A DNA stretch of 64,000 nucleotides from an uncultured Candidatus Saccharibacteria bacterium (GTDB lineage: Bacteria > Patescibacteriota > WWE3 > UBA101185 > 2-01-FULL-41-18), in the NCBI GenBank assembly GCA_964636285.1, contig CAZWQF010000003.1:69226-133225 (forward strand), written 5' to 3'. The position numbers and the translations under genes were made by a program. Shown here piece by piece: positions 27,102-36,835 of the stretch. How positions within the stretch are numbered: the stretch's first letter is position 1; every line of letters starts with the position of its first letter. A model generated the notes under the pieces. The model did not search any database. It was not told the DNA's origin and saw only the letters and a list, made by a program, of their open reading frames with translations.

Positions 27102-29039
27102 ATGGTAAAAACTGCCTACACCTTAAAACTATTAATTACAGCTATATTTTTCTTGTTCTCAGTGTTTGTGCTCAAATACACATATCCTGTTTTACAAAAA
27201 GCATTTGATCAAACAACTAGAGCATCGGGAGATACTACAGCTCCAACAAGCACTCTGTCCATAAACCCTTCGTCACCAGACGGGCAAAATGGGTGGTATG
27301 TGAACCCTGTTGACGTAACAATCGCTGCAGATGATTTAGAGTCAGGAGTACAGTCTATAAATTGGACCTTAGATGGTACATCCGACAGTCAAACTTTTTC
27401 TAACACCCTTAATCTTGCACCGAACCCTAGTTTTGAAGACGCGGGTCTTCCAGTAAACATGTGGGACAAAGTAAATGATGACGGTGGAGCATCATATACC
27501 CAAGACCCATCAGCAGCACCAAGCCTTGGAGCATCGTCTGTTAGTATTGTTTCCACAACTTCCGACTGGCATGGTATCAACCATAAAAATAACTTTTCAG
27601 TGGCGTCTAACCTCCAAAACATGACCTCAAGCCTCTGGATTAGAACAGAAAATGTTACTGGGAGTGCGCAGTATAAAGTGTATCTAGTGTATGACGATGG
27701 GGTAGGGAATAGCGGAACATCGCTTCTGGCCACATCAGCCTCTGTTACAGGAACTCAGCCTTGGCAAAAAATTAGTCTAAATTTTATCCCTAATAATGCT
27801 AATACTGTAGGGATTTATATAGAGGCGGGACTCACAGGCACGGGAAGCGTATGGTTTGACGGTGCAAATATATCGTCTTCAATTACTACTACCCAAACCA
27901 ACTTTGCTGTCTCAGCTAGTGGAAACCATAGCCTCTCTTACCATAGTGCCGATTTTTCTGGAAATGTAGAAACTCCAAGAAACACAACCTTTAAAATTGA
28001 TACTAAAGCTCCGTCAAAATGGGTAAATTTTTCGTTAACGCAATCGGGAAATACCCACACATTTATTGTGAGCATTAGAGCTTCTGATGCTATATCCGGC
28101 ATAGATGTCTCAACCGCTCAGTTCCAATATTCAGTTGATGAAGGGGCAACATGGGGATATTACTCAACCCTAACTGGCTGTAATACCACTTTTAATTCTG
28201 GATGGGCTAACGCGTCAACATCTCCTAATTCAGACGGAAGTACTACAGTTACAGTAAGCACCCCAGCCATAGACTTTTGTAACAGCAACTGGGCAACAAG
28301 CAAGAAAATCAGATTTAGGGTGTCCGATATGGCAGGTAATTTAAGCCAGAGCTCAGACTTTACTATCAATGGGGCTTGGGTTCAAGTGGGGTCAGGTGAA
28401 ATTGGATCTAATTTTGATATTGGAATGCAAACAGGATCGCAAACTGCACACCTTGTAACATCAAAGGGATCCCTCTCAGGAATCACGTCCTCTAGTGGCT
28501 GGTATCTTGAGGATTATGATCACACACTTCCGTTTCAAACTTACAGCACCTGGTACTCCAAATACCCCACTACAACATCGTTACCTTCAGGGAGGTTACC
28601 TACAGCCAGTGGAAGATACAGAGTAAACTCAGACTTCACAATTGCATCAAGCACCCTTCCAAGTAACTTATCAACAAGACAAAACATTAGTGCTGTAATA
28701 TTCATCAACGGGGACTTAAACGTAAACACAAATTACTCACTTCATGCTACAACAGGTTATATTTTTATAGTAAACGGGGATGTGACTGTGGGTAATTCCG
28801 TATCTTCTGTTGATGGGTACTTTATTTCAGACGGAGAATTTGATGTTGGATCAGGAAGTACTGCTTTAACAATAACAGGAGGGGTTCAAGCTGATTCATT
28901 TAATCTAAAAAGAAGTTTGAGCGGTAATCAAAACACATCAAATCCAGCTGAAACTTTCAATTTTCACACAAAATATTTTATTACAGGTAGAAATCAGCTC
29001 ACCGATAACTATTCAGTTACTTGGCTAAGCAGTAACTAA
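27102..29039 (+). CDS. Membrane-anchored surface protein with a CBM4/9-like sugar-binding motif and the cassette-type C-terminal module (paralog C)
   Basis: 645 aa with an N-terminal TM. NPSFEDAGLP...W starts at residue 108, as CBM4_9 galactose-binding-like domains do. The C-terminus VIFINGDLNVN...IFIVNGDVTVGNSV... is homologous to the C-termini of the 866- and 925-aa proteins. Confidence 0.55.
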   Translation: MVKTAYTLKLLITAIFFLFSVFVLKYTYPVLQKAFDQTTRASGDTTAPTSTLSINPSSPDGQNGWYVNPVDVTIAADDLESGVQSINWTLDGTSDSQTFSNTLNLAPNPSFEDAGLPVNMWDKVNDDGGASYTQDPSAAPSLGASSVSIVSTTSDWHGINHKNNFSVASNLQNMTSSLWIRTENVTGSAQYKVYLVYDDGVGNSGTSLLATSASVTGTQPWQKISLNFIPNNANTVGIYIEAGLTGTGSVWFDGANISSSITTTQTNFAVSASGNHSLSYHSADFSGNVETPRNTTFKIDTKAPSKWVNFSLTQSGNTHTFIVSIRASDAISGIDVSTAQFQYSVDEGATWGYYSTLTGCNTTFNSGWANASTSPNSDGSTTVTVSTPAIDFCNSNWATSKKIRFRVSDMAGNLSQSSDFTINGAWVQVGSGEIGSNFDIGMQTGSQTAHLVTSKGSLSGITSSSGWYLEDYDHTLPFQTYSTWYSKYPTTTSLPSGRLPTASGRYRVNSDFTIASSTLPSNLSTRQNISAVIFINGDLNVNTNYSLHATTGYIFIVNGDVTVGNSVSSVDGYFISDGEFDVGSGSTALTITGGVQADSFNLKRSLSGNQNTSNPAETFNFHTKYFITGRNQLTDNYSVTWLSSN

Positions 29040-29065
29040 CCTGTTAAAATGTTGAATAACTGCCT

Positions 29066-30097
29066 ATGAATATTGTTGGACTCGAAATGGGAGGGCACTC
29101 CTTCAAAGCTGTTGAGCTTAAAAAAGAAAAAGACAAAATTGAGCTGGTGAGATATGGGCTAAGCGAAAGGCATAATCTTACACTTAATTCAGACTCAGAA
29201 GAAGACCTTGAAAAGTATGCTCACGGGTTAGCTGACTTCTTTGACGATAACCACTTTTCCACACCAAATGTAGTAGCCGCACTTCCCGAAACTAGCGTTT
29301 TTACAAGAATTATTAAAGTACCAAAAATGAGCGATAAGGAGCTTAAAAGTGCTATCACTTATGAGGCAGAGCAGTATATACCCTTACCCCTAAAAGACGT
29401 AAGCTTTGATTTTCAAATCTTTGAAGATGACCCAAATGACAAGAGCAATATGAATGTGCTCCTGGTTGCTGCAACCAAAATATTAATTGATAAATATGTA
29501 AAAATTCTCAAAAAAGCAAAGCTCATACCTGTAGGGCTTGAGCCAGAGACATTGGCAATTGCAAGAGTTGCAGGAGATAAGCTAGACCAACCTAACCCCT
29601 CTATAATAGTATGCATTGCGTCCAACGAAACAAATGTAATTATTACCTACAAGGGTGTTGTTAGATTCACAAGAAATATATCAACGGGTGGAGATACCTT
29701 AACTAGAGCTATAGCACAAAATCTGGGTTTTGATTTCTCGCAAGCAGAAGAATACAAAAAGACTTACGGAATAGACCCAAAACAGGTTGATGGAAAAGTC
29801 TATAATTCGGTTAAACCAGTATTTGATATCATTTTAAATGAAATTAAAAGAGCATATTTCTTCTATACAACACATAACCCCAGTGTTAACATAAGAAGAG
29901 TAGTAGTTTGCGGTGGAACTGCCCTGATGCCGGGACTTTTATACTACTTAACAACTAACCTTGACCTCGAGGTTGAGTTAGCAAACCCATGGGAACGAGT
30001 AGTTTTTCCGCAAAAACTTGAAAAAGATAAACAAAGACTACTGGATATTGGACCTTATTTTGTTTCATCAGTAGGATTGGCTATCAAGGAGATGTAA
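29066..30097 (+). CDS. pilM: Type IV pilus assembly protein PilM (actin-like ATPase fold)
   Basis: 343 aa with a PilM-like N-terminus and an FtsA/actin-like fold pattern. Followed by pilN and pilO with overlapping stop and start codons. Confidence 0.62.
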   Translation: MNIVGLEMGGHSFKAVELKKEKDKIELVRYGLSERHNLTLNSDSEEDLEKYAHGLADFFDDNHFSTPNVVAALPETSVFTRIIKVPKMSDKELKSAITYEAEQYIPLPLKDVSFDFQIFEDDPNDKSNMNVLLVAATKILIDKYVKILKKAKLIPVGLEPETLAIARVAGDKLDQPNPSIIVCIASNETNVIITYKGVVRFTRNISTGGDTLTRAIAQNLGFDFSQAEEYKKTYGIDPKQVDGKVYNSVKPVFDIILNEIKRAYFFYTTHNPSVNIRRVVVCGGTALMPGLLYYLTTNLDLEVELANPWERVVFPQKLEKDKQRLLDIGPYFVSSVGLAIKEM

Positions 30098-30681
30098 TGT
30101 CAGATATTGACCTAATTCCAGCGGAAGAACGCTTACAAAGATCAAAAGAGAAAGCAAAGAAATTTGCGCTGATTTTTACGTTAATATTGTTTGGTATCAC
30201 CTTAATTGCTTCTGGCTTTTTGTTCTACTACATAGGAACTTTAGACAAAAAAATTATGGATACTACTGCCTCGATTGAAGAGGTTAAGAAAAAGATTCAG
30301 GATAAGTCAGAGATTGAAGTATCAGCTAGAAACTTAGATGCTAAATATAAAATTCTAAGTAGTATATTATCCGGAAGAACATACTACTCCGTGCTTCTAG
30401 ATGAATTAACGTACCGAAGCCCTACAAACGTTACTATCAACAGCGTAGAGTCTGCAACTCCAGATAAAGCAACACTATCAGGAACAGCTACGGATTATGT
30501 ATCCCTTGCCAAATTTCTTAATGCATTAAGCGATCAAAAACTTGCTTCACAATCAGCTACGCCAAAAGATAAGAACCTGTTTAAAGAAGTATCTATAACT
30601 ACTGTATCCCTAGATTCACTTAACTTAAGTATTAAGTTTAATTTAGGATTGCAGCTTGATGAAAGCTTATTAAAAAGATGA
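30097..30681 (+). CDS. pilN: Type IV pilus assembly protein PilN
   Basis: 194 aa with a short cytoplasmic N-terminus (where PilM binds), one TM helix and a periplasmic domain. Position supports the call. Confidence 0.5.
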   Translation: MSDIDLIPAEERLQRSKEKAKKFALIFTLILFGITLIASGFLFYYIGTLDKKIMDTTASIEEVKKKIQDKSEIEVSARNLDAKYKILSSILSGRTYYSVLLDELTYRSPTNVTINSVESATPDKATLSGTATDYVSLAKFLNALSDQKLASQSATPKDKNLFKEVSITTVSLDSLNLSIKFNLGLQLDESLLKR

Positions 30682-31412
30682 ACTTAGAATTAAACCCAAG
30701 AACAAATAAAATAAGCAAAGAAATGATGGTTGGTACGGTCCTTCCTTTGCTTTTTATCTCTGCTACTGCTGGATTGTTCTTTTTAGTAACATATCCAAAG
30801 TATAATCAGATTCAACCAAAAAACGATGAGCTTAAACAGCTTGAGGATAAAAAGGGACACCTAAGCTCAAAACTTCAAAAATTAAACGACCTTGTGGACT
30901 TTAAGGAAGTTGTAGACCAAAACTCTGCCCTAATAAACACAGCGCTTCCCTCCGAAGCTAATGTTCCAATACTACTTACTCAAATTCAAACAATAGCAAA
31001 AGAAAACGACCTTGAAATCCAAAATCTTTCGTACTCTTCATCAGGTGCAGCAAGTCAAAGTGAGGCAAATAAAGTAAACGTCCAGATGAGCGCGAAAGGA
31101 AACTTTGAGCAAGTAAGAAACTTCTTTTATGCCGTTGAAAAAGCTTCAAGAGTACTTGAATTTAGTACTATTAGATTCTCCACGGAATCTACTGGTATTG
31201 AAACAGATGCGCAAAGTGCAGGGCTAGAAATAAGTATTTCATTACGATCACCTTATCTTTTTGTTGAGTCCAAAGCAACAACAGAGGACCCTATCACAAT
31301 AGATATCAGGGATCAGGCATTTTTAAATTTTGTTAATAGGCTTAAAGAGCTTAGACTTTATACAACCGTAGTAGGAACAGAGAACATAGGTAAAGAAAAC
31401 CCATTCAAATAA
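30678..31412 (+). CDS. pilO: Type IV pilus assembly protein PilO-like
   Basis: 244 aa with an N-terminal TM, a coiled-coil region and a C-terminal domain. Position after pilN supports the call. Confidence 0.45.
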   Translation: MNLELNPRTNKISKEMMVGTVLPLLFISATAGLFFLVTYPKYNQIQPKNDELKQLEDKKGHLSSKLQKLNDLVDFKEVVDQNSALINTALPSEANVPILLTQIQTIAKENDLEIQNLSYSSSGAASQSEANKVNVQMSAKGNFEQVRNFFYAVEKASRVLEFSTIRFSTESTGIETDAQSAGLEISISLRSPYLFVESKATTEDPITIDIRDQAFLNFVNRLKELRLYTTVVGTENIGKENPFK

Positions 31413-31414
31413 TC

Positions 31415-32254
31415 TCAGTTAGTTAAAATAGTTGAGTCAGAAGTACTAAATAAAACATAATCAAAAGAGGAAGGTACAAAAGACCTACTTTTAAGTGCTG
31501 TTACAGTTTTTGTCACGGATCCTAATCTACCTACAGAAGTCAAAAGATACCCTTGGACCGGAAGCGTACCTCCACTTTTTGGTATAACATACAGATTCAG
31601 ATCTTGGTATATTGCTCTAATTCGCACAAACCTTGGGTTATCCTGACCAGATATTGTGAAACAGTTAGAGTATGATAGGTCTGGTGCCGCTGCTGTGAAG
31701 CCGTTGGATGAGTGAGTGGTACTTGTAGAGTTATAAGCATACCTCTGAGACGAGTAGGGAGTAGAAGATCCGTATACAAACAGGGCAGAAACCGAAGGGG
31801 TGCTCCCTGAACTCCCATCCCAGCAAAGTTCTAAAGGCCTGTTACCGTACCCGGTAAGGTCAACCTCCGTTACATCGTCTCTTGAAACTTTTGTATTAAA
31901 TAGACTGGTAGAGTTACCTGCGTATGAAAGTGAGACGGTTGCAGTTGCAGCTACGCCATCCGCTCCAGTTATTGTAACTTGGCAATTAGTACCACAGGAA
32001 TTGTTATTGATATATGTATCCAAGGTACCTGGTGCTGTAGGTAACATTTTTTCAATCGCGGCCTCCGCCACGGCATACGCCCTTGAGGAGGTATCCAGTG
32101 TTGTGGAGTTCCCAGACCCTTTTATAATTCTTTGCGATATAGCAAGCCCAATTGACAGTGAGATGATCATCAGCATCATTACCACAATCAATGTCTGCCC
32201 TTTTTGATTGCCACTTGAACAAACCCTGCAAAAAAACTTCATAGTATGTATCAA
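31415..32254 (-). CDS. PilX-like minor pilin, third paralog
   Basis: 279 aa. NQKGQTLIVVMMLMIISLSIGLAISQRII...DTSSRAYAVAEAAIE has the same N-terminal domain as the two cassette PilX-like proteins. It is the last gene of the minus-strand fimT-pilV-pilW-pilX-like block. Confidence 0.5.
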   Translation of the reverse strand: MIHTMKFFCRVCSSGNQKGQTLIVVMMLMIISLSIGLAISQRIIKGSGNSTTLDTSSRAYAVAEAAIEKMLPTAPGTLDTYINNNSCGTNCQVTITGADGVAATATVSLSYAGNSTSLFNTKVSRDDVTEVDLTGYGNRPLELCWDGSSGSTPSVSALFVYGSSTPYSSQRYAYNSTSTTHSSNGFTAAAPDLSYSNCFTISGQDNPRFVRIRAIYQDLNLYVIPKSGGTLPVQGYLLTSVGRLGSVTKTVTALKSRSFVPSSFDYVLFSTSDSTILTN

Positions 32255-32805
32255 TTACCTGACCTTAACACAACTACACTTGAGAACGTCTGTGAAGCTG
32301 TAAACGGACTATTAGAGGTGTATGAGCCAGATTGGATCATTGGGATGGTGATTGAAACGCTTGTAACACCATTTGCTGTGGTCTGAACAGTAAAGACGGC
32401 ATCAGAACTTAAAGTAACACCATCTTTACATGCATCATTTGTCATTTTTAGAGCTGTCGAACCATTAACACTTCTTGTTATAGTTCTGGTATTACCACCC
32501 CCAGAACACGACGTGTTTTGAAACTGAGCAGTATATACAACAGTTCCATACGGGGTAGTCAGCTGAAGATTTGACCCTGTTGAAGAAGAAGCCAACGTTG
32601 CATTTTTTATATCGTAAATTATTTTGGCTAGAAGATAATTTCCGTTTTGCTCTATCTCATTCAATACTCTAGTCTTGGTGTAACTTCTTGTTACAGACAC
32701 AATCAAATCCCCGGCAATCCCCACTGATATCAAAATTATTGAAACAACCACAAGTATCTCAACAAGCGTGAACCCCCTTTGAAGTTTTATTGCTTTAAGT
32801 TGCAT
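32251..32805 (-). CDS. PilW-like minor pilin
   Basis: 184 aa with a class III prepilin leader, RG|FTLVEILVVV, and Glu at +5. Confidence 0.5.
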   Translation of the reverse strand: MQLKAIKLQRGFTLVEILVVVSIILISVGIAGDLIVSVTRSYTKTRVLNEIEQNGNYLLAKIIYDIKNATLASSSTGSNLQLTTPYGTVVYTAQFQNTSCSGGGNTRTITRSVNGSTALKMTNDACKDGVTLSSDAVFTVQTTANGVTSVSITIPMIQSGSYTSNSPFTASQTFSSVVVLRSGN

Positions 32806-33309
32806 TTATTTACCTCTCCAGTTTGTGAAATCTGTGTAGTTATAAACACACTGACTTTTTCCACCAATACTCCAATGGACTACAACTCCGGCACGATAAA
32901 CCCCAGAAACAGATGTAAGATTCATTGTGTAAGTAAAGGGAGTTGATTGCTTTTGACCCGCAGTTGGAGCAGAACCAACTGGATTAGTGATAGGGTAAGA
33001 GCACCCTCCTGTTGGCGCCTGACAGGCTGAAAGAAATGTATAGTTACAAGGAGAGGTAGCTAAATTAGTAAAAGTCGCCCATGACACATTAGAGCTATCC
33101 CTATATGATCTTAATAATTCAAGTTGGTTTTGAGCTAATTGTGTTGCTTGAGCTGTATATGAGGACTGCCTGGAGTTTCTTAACGCAAAAACAGCTAAAG
33201 AGACTAGAGAGGTTACAACTATAACTGCAAGCGAAACAGCAATCAAAGTCTCAACAAGCCCTATGCCACTTTCTGACTTTAAATATTTTTTATACATTAA
33301 CATCATCAT
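32806..33309 (-). CDS. PilV-like minor pilin
   Basis: Prepilin motif SG|IGLVETLIAVSL. The ORF track begins at 33366; an internal Met (MMMLMYKK) at 33309 avoids overlap with the upstream gene. Confidence 0.48.
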   Translation of the reverse strand: MMMLMYKKYLKSESGIGLVETLIAVSLAVIVVTSLVSLAVFALRNSRQSSYTAQATQLAQNQLELLRSYRDSSNVSWATFTNLATSPCNYTFLSACQAPTGGCSYPITNPVGSAPTAGQKQSTPFTYTMNLTSVSGVYRAGVVVHWSIGGKSQCVYNYTDFTNWRGK

Positions 33310-33316
33310 ACTAGCT

Positions 33317-33910
33317 TTAATTAGAACAGCTACCTTGCCCCGAAACACTACCAACCATCCCTGCAAGATTTAAAGAAGTTTGCATCCAAGCATTATTTCC
33401 AGGGGTAATGCAGGACCTCACAGTGTTATCTCCACCTGAAAGAAGGTTTATAAAAGTAACATCTGCTGAAATCATTCTAAAAAATACACAGGATCTTGAG
33501 TTTGAAGGTGTCTGAAAAGTTGCTCCGGCCTGCAGCATGTCGGACTCTACATGCGCCTGATTTAGAGCATTGCAGGACGCTGCGTCAGGAGAGGGGGTGG
33601 AAACATAAGTTCTTGATATTCTGTATCTTGAATCTCCATCGTTATACCAAAAAACCCAGTAATTACAAAGATTTGGGCTTGAGCAGACAGTATTAGAATC
33701 AACGCCTGATATTGCCCTGTTTTGTGCATCTCTAACGCCGTTTTTAACAGCCTCCTGAGCTTGCCTCAGATTTTGATCATTAATAAAACCATTAAAATTA
33801 GGGACCGTAATTGCAGAAACAGCACCCAAGATACTTACTGCAATGAGAACCTCCACCAATGTAAAGCCGCTGTGTTTAATTGTTTGTAGATGATGGGCAG
33901 ACTTAAGCAT
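33317..33910 (-). CDS. FimT/GspH-like minor pilin
   Basis: 197 aa with prepilin motif SG|FTLVEVLIAVSILG. Position ahead of the pilV-like, pilW-like and pilX-like genes supports the call. Confidence 0.5.
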   Translation of the reverse strand: MLKSAHHLQTIKHSGFTLVEVLIAVSILGAVSAITVPNFNGFINDQNLRQAQEAVKNGVRDAQNRAISGVDSNTVCSSPNLCNYWVFWYNDGDSRYRISRTYVSTPSPDAASCNALNQAHVESDMLQAGATFQTPSNSRSCVFFRMISADVTFINLLSGGDNTVRSCITPGNNAWMQTSLNLAGMVGSVSGQGSCSN

Positions 33911-33943
33911 TTATATAAATGCTAAAGTAATAGGGGAGAGTAG

Positions 33944-34444
33944 TCAATTCATGAGTGTTAAACTAGTGCCCACTTCATACTTACTATTACTATTTCCACC
34001 GTCAGAGGTCATACTAATTTCAGTGGCTTCTAGAACTGCGTTAAGCTCATAATTAGAACCACTTTTCCTGTAGGTATAGACATAAATACCAGTGTTCTTT
34101 GGGTCAACTGGTATTTTTTGAATATAGCTTGAGAACGAAGAGTCTATCCAGCCCTGTGTAACACTTTCATAGGGACCTCCATTTCCGGTAGGAAGGACAT
34201 TACTTGTTCGTGTAGTATTATCCGAATCAGGATACGAACCTGTGTTTATTCTATACTCCTCAATAGCTCTTGATAACGAACGAAGGTCAGCAACTCTCTT
34301 AACATCTCTTGCTCTCCTTTTTTGTGCAGCTGGGTATAAGTACATGAATGCAATGGAGGATATTGTCACCAAAATAAAAAGCGAAACAGTTAGCTCAATA
34401 ATACTGAAGCCTTTGATATGTAAACTATTTGTTTTCGACTGCAT
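33944..34444 (-). CDS. PilA-like type IV pilin (array member)
   Basis: KG|FSIIELTVSLFIL...RARDVKRVADLRSLSRAIEEY is a major-pilin N-terminal helix. The start was chosen at MQSKTN; the ORF track extends to 34519. Confidence 0.55.
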   Translation of the reverse strand: MQSKTNSLHIKGFSIIELTVSLFILVTISSIAFMYLYPAAQKRRARDVKRVADLRSLSRAIEEYRINTGSYPDSDNTTRTSNVLPTGNGGPYESVTQGWIDSSFSSYIQKIPVDPKNTGIYVYTYRKSGSNYELNAVLEATEISMTSDGGNSNSKYEVGTSLTLMN

Positions 34445-35051
34445 AACAGCTTGCCTGGTCCCCACAAAGACCCCAAGTTGACCAGTTTCTTGAACCAGTA
34501 CTGCATCTATTCCCTCCAACAGCTGATGCTAGCTCCATTGTTGCAGTAACAACATACCCATCAGCAAGTTGCGTAGATCCTGATCTGTATGGCGCAATAT
34601 AGAAGTATGCCTGTGTTGGAGATCCGTTACACGGACTATTAGTACCAGTACTGGCAGTAGGATCTGAGGGTACTGAATTTGTTACGGCAGAAAATCCTGT
34701 TAGAGAATTACAACTGCCTGTACCTAATAAGCACTGACTAAGCCTATCTGAACTACCTGTAATCTTGATAAAACAAGTTGACGCAACACCTGAGCTTACC
34801 TGACAACCTGATGTTGCACTAGAAGGGTAACCTCTATGCTTTAAGTAAAATTGCTCAAGAGCTATCTGTATAGTTTTAAGGTCGGATATTCTCTGAGAAT
34901 CTCTTCCTCTTGCCCTTATTGTAGCCGGATTAATTATCACAATAATTGCCGAAGTAAGCACACCAATCAATAGGGCTACTACAAGTAGCTCAACAAGACT
35001 AAATCCCTTCTGCGTAGATTCATTTTTTTTAGCAATCTCAAAAATATACAT
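34425..35051 (-). CDS. PilA-like type IV pilin (array member)
   Basis: 208 aa. KG|FSLVELLVVALLIGVLTSAIIVIINP...RARGRDSQRISDLKTIQIALEQF. Confidence 0.58.
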   Translation of the reverse strand: MYIFEIAKKNESTQKGFSLVELLVVALLIGVLTSAIIVIINPATIRARGRDSQRISDLKTIQIALEQFYLKHRGYPSSATSGCQVSSGVASTCFIKITGSSDRLSQCLLGTGSCNSLTGFSAVTNSVPSDPTASTGTNSPCNGSPTQAYFYIAPYRSGSTQLADGYVVTATMELASAVGGNRCSTGSRNWSTWGLCGDQASCYAVENK

Positions 35052-35063
35052 GCTATCTTTTAA

Positions 35064-35591
35064 CTATAACGGGTTTTGAACACCAATACAGCCTGCAAGA
35101 GGCGTACCCCCACAACTTGCTGAAAAGCTTGACCAGTTAGTTAAGAATGAACAAGGCGTAGCATTTGTGGGAATAGAGGTCTCCAGCACTGCAGTAAGTA
35201 TGTAAGTGCTTCCTGAAGAAACAAAGTTATATCTATTTGCTTGCCCGCCAGCTGTACATGCTGAATTACCAGTTCCTTTGGCTAGAGTTAATGGGTCTCT
35301 TGGGAATGTTCCAATAAAGTCGCTTAGAGCCGTGCTAAGACAATCCTCTGCCAACCCCCATGTCCCTGCAACACATCCTCCAGCGGGAAAGATAGGATAT
35401 ACTGTATTTCCACCACTAGATATATACTGCTCAAGCCCAGATTGAATAAGTTTTAAGTCATTGATTCTTCTTCCATCCCTGGCTTTGGCTCTAAGCTGAT
35501 TTGGGTTCATAACCATCAGTACAACCCCAACAAGAATTCCAAGGACAGATACTGAAACAATAAGTTCTATAAACGAAAAACCTTTTTTCAT
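35064..35591 (-). CDS. PilA-like type IV pilin (array member)
   Basis: 175 aa. KG|FSFIELIVSVSVLGILVGVVLMVMNP...AKARDGRRINDLKLIQSGLEQY. Confidence 0.58.
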   Translation of the reverse strand: MKKGFSFIELIVSVSVLGILVGVVLMVMNPNQLRAKARDGRRINDLKLIQSGLEQYISSGGNTVYPIFPAGGCVAGTWGLAEDCLSTALSDFIGTFPRDPLTLAKGTGNSACTAGGQANRYNFVSSGSTYILTAVLETSIPTNATPCSFLTNWSSFSASCGGTPLAGCIGVQNPL

Positions 35592-36139
35592 TAGTTACCC
35601 CTGCTTTCCAAACCATAACAGTGAGTGTTATCACAGGTACCTGCATATGAATTCCAATTGGAAAGTGAGATGCACTTACCCCCTGATGTTGATGAAACCG
35701 ATTCCATCTGTGCAGTTAGCACAAAGTAACTTCCATTCGAGTTATAACTAAATCTGTAGTGAGGATTTGCGCCATTAGTGTAATTGCATGGGCTGTTTGC
35801 AGAAGAGCTACTATACGAAGGGTCCTGCGGCATGTACTGAAGATACTTCAACCCTGAGGCTGGTGATAGGGCAGTGCTTAACGAATCTGAACCAGTCACG
35901 GTTATCCAGCTCCCTCCTGATGATGGAAAAGAACCAGAATTATTTGTTCTATATAGCTCAAGCGCTGTTTGAATTGATTTTAACGAAGAAGCCCTCTTAG
36001 CATCCCTAGCTTTTCCCTGAAGCTGACTTGGGTTGATTACCGTAAGCAAAACACCGGCCAAAATTCCCATAATAGACACAGCTAAAAGTATTTCAATTAA
36101 GGTAAATCCTTTTATCGAATGGGAAAGCTTGACGGGCAT
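35591..36139 (-). CDS. PilA-like type IV pilin (array member)
   Basis: 182 aa. KG|FTLIEILLAVSIMGILAGVLLTVINP...GKARDAKRASSLKSIQTALELY. Confidence 0.58.
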   Translation of the reverse strand: MPVKLSHSIKGFTLIEILLAVSIMGILAGVLLTVINPSQLQGKARDAKRASSLKSIQTALELYRTNNSGSFPSSGGSWITVTGSDSLSTALSPASGLKYLQYMPQDPSYSSSSANSPCNYTNGANPHYRFSYNSNGSYFVLTAQMESVSSTSGGKCISLSNWNSYAGTCDNTHCYGLESRGN

Positions 36140-36247
36140 AGTTAAATGTTATGTGTTTTAGTGATTCTAGTCAATGTAAGCAAATTCTATAAAACCGAAA
36201 AGGGCCGGTTTCCCAGCCCCTTTGTATATTAGGTAGATCAAGCTAGG

Positions 36248-36778
36248 TTAAAAGCACGATGTCGCTCTTCTATTTGGTGTATTGAGTCCGTTAGCAGGAT
36301 CATAAACTATGTAGTTCATAACATTACCACCGGCATCCCTCTGGCTTGTATCGTTTGCTCCTGACGCAACACAGAAGTTGGTACCATTGGTTCTATACTG
36401 AAAACCTGGAAGCGTCGCACCAGTAGTAACACCTCTAATGGTAAAGTGAACGGAGTTCTGAGCTGCACCAGTGCACGGACACGTAGCTACATTTTGAAGT
36501 GAACCTCCATCTGTTGCACCTGTGCAAGTATTTTGTCCTGCAAGCTGAGTACATGTAGGTAAGTTACCAGCTCCAGTTATATCTGCAGCTGACTGAGCCC
36601 TAATATCAGCAACTATTTTGTTAATTGTTGCTACAACAACTCCATCTCTGGCTCTATTTTGTTGTCTTACTGGATCAAGAATTGAGATAACTATACCGGC
36701 AAGAATACCGATAATTACAATTACTATAAGAAGTTCTACGAGTGTAAAACCTTTTTGATTTTGGGCAGAATTATACAT
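36248..36778 (-). CDS. pilA: PilA-like type IV pilin with its own strong promoter and RBS, candidate major pilin
   Basis: KG|FTLVELLIVIVIIGILAGIV...NRARDG. The start is at MYNSAQNQ (36778), preceded by AAAGGAGGTG, a near-consensus promoter and a downstream hairpin. Confidence 0.62.
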   Translation of the reverse strand: MYNSAQNQKGFTLVELLIVIVIIGILAGIVISILDPVRQQNRARDGVVVATINKIVADIRAQSAADITGAGNLPTCTQLAGQNTCTGATDGGSLQNVATCPCTGAAQNSVHFTIRGVTTGATLPGFQYRTNGTNFCVASGANDTSQRDAGGNVMNYIVYDPANGLNTPNRRATSCF

Positions 36779-36797
36779 TTGACACCTCCTTTCATCT

Positions 36798-36827
36798 ATT
36801 CTAAACAACATGCAAATCAATTAGCAA
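36798..36827 (-). promoter_or_regulatory. sigma70-like promoter for pilin 36248..36778
   Basis: Minus strand reads TTGCTA, an 18-nt spacer, then TAGAAT. About 15 nt downstream is the RBS AAAGGAGGTG, 5 nt before the ATG. Confidence 0.45.
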
Positions 36828-36835
36828 TAGGCAAT

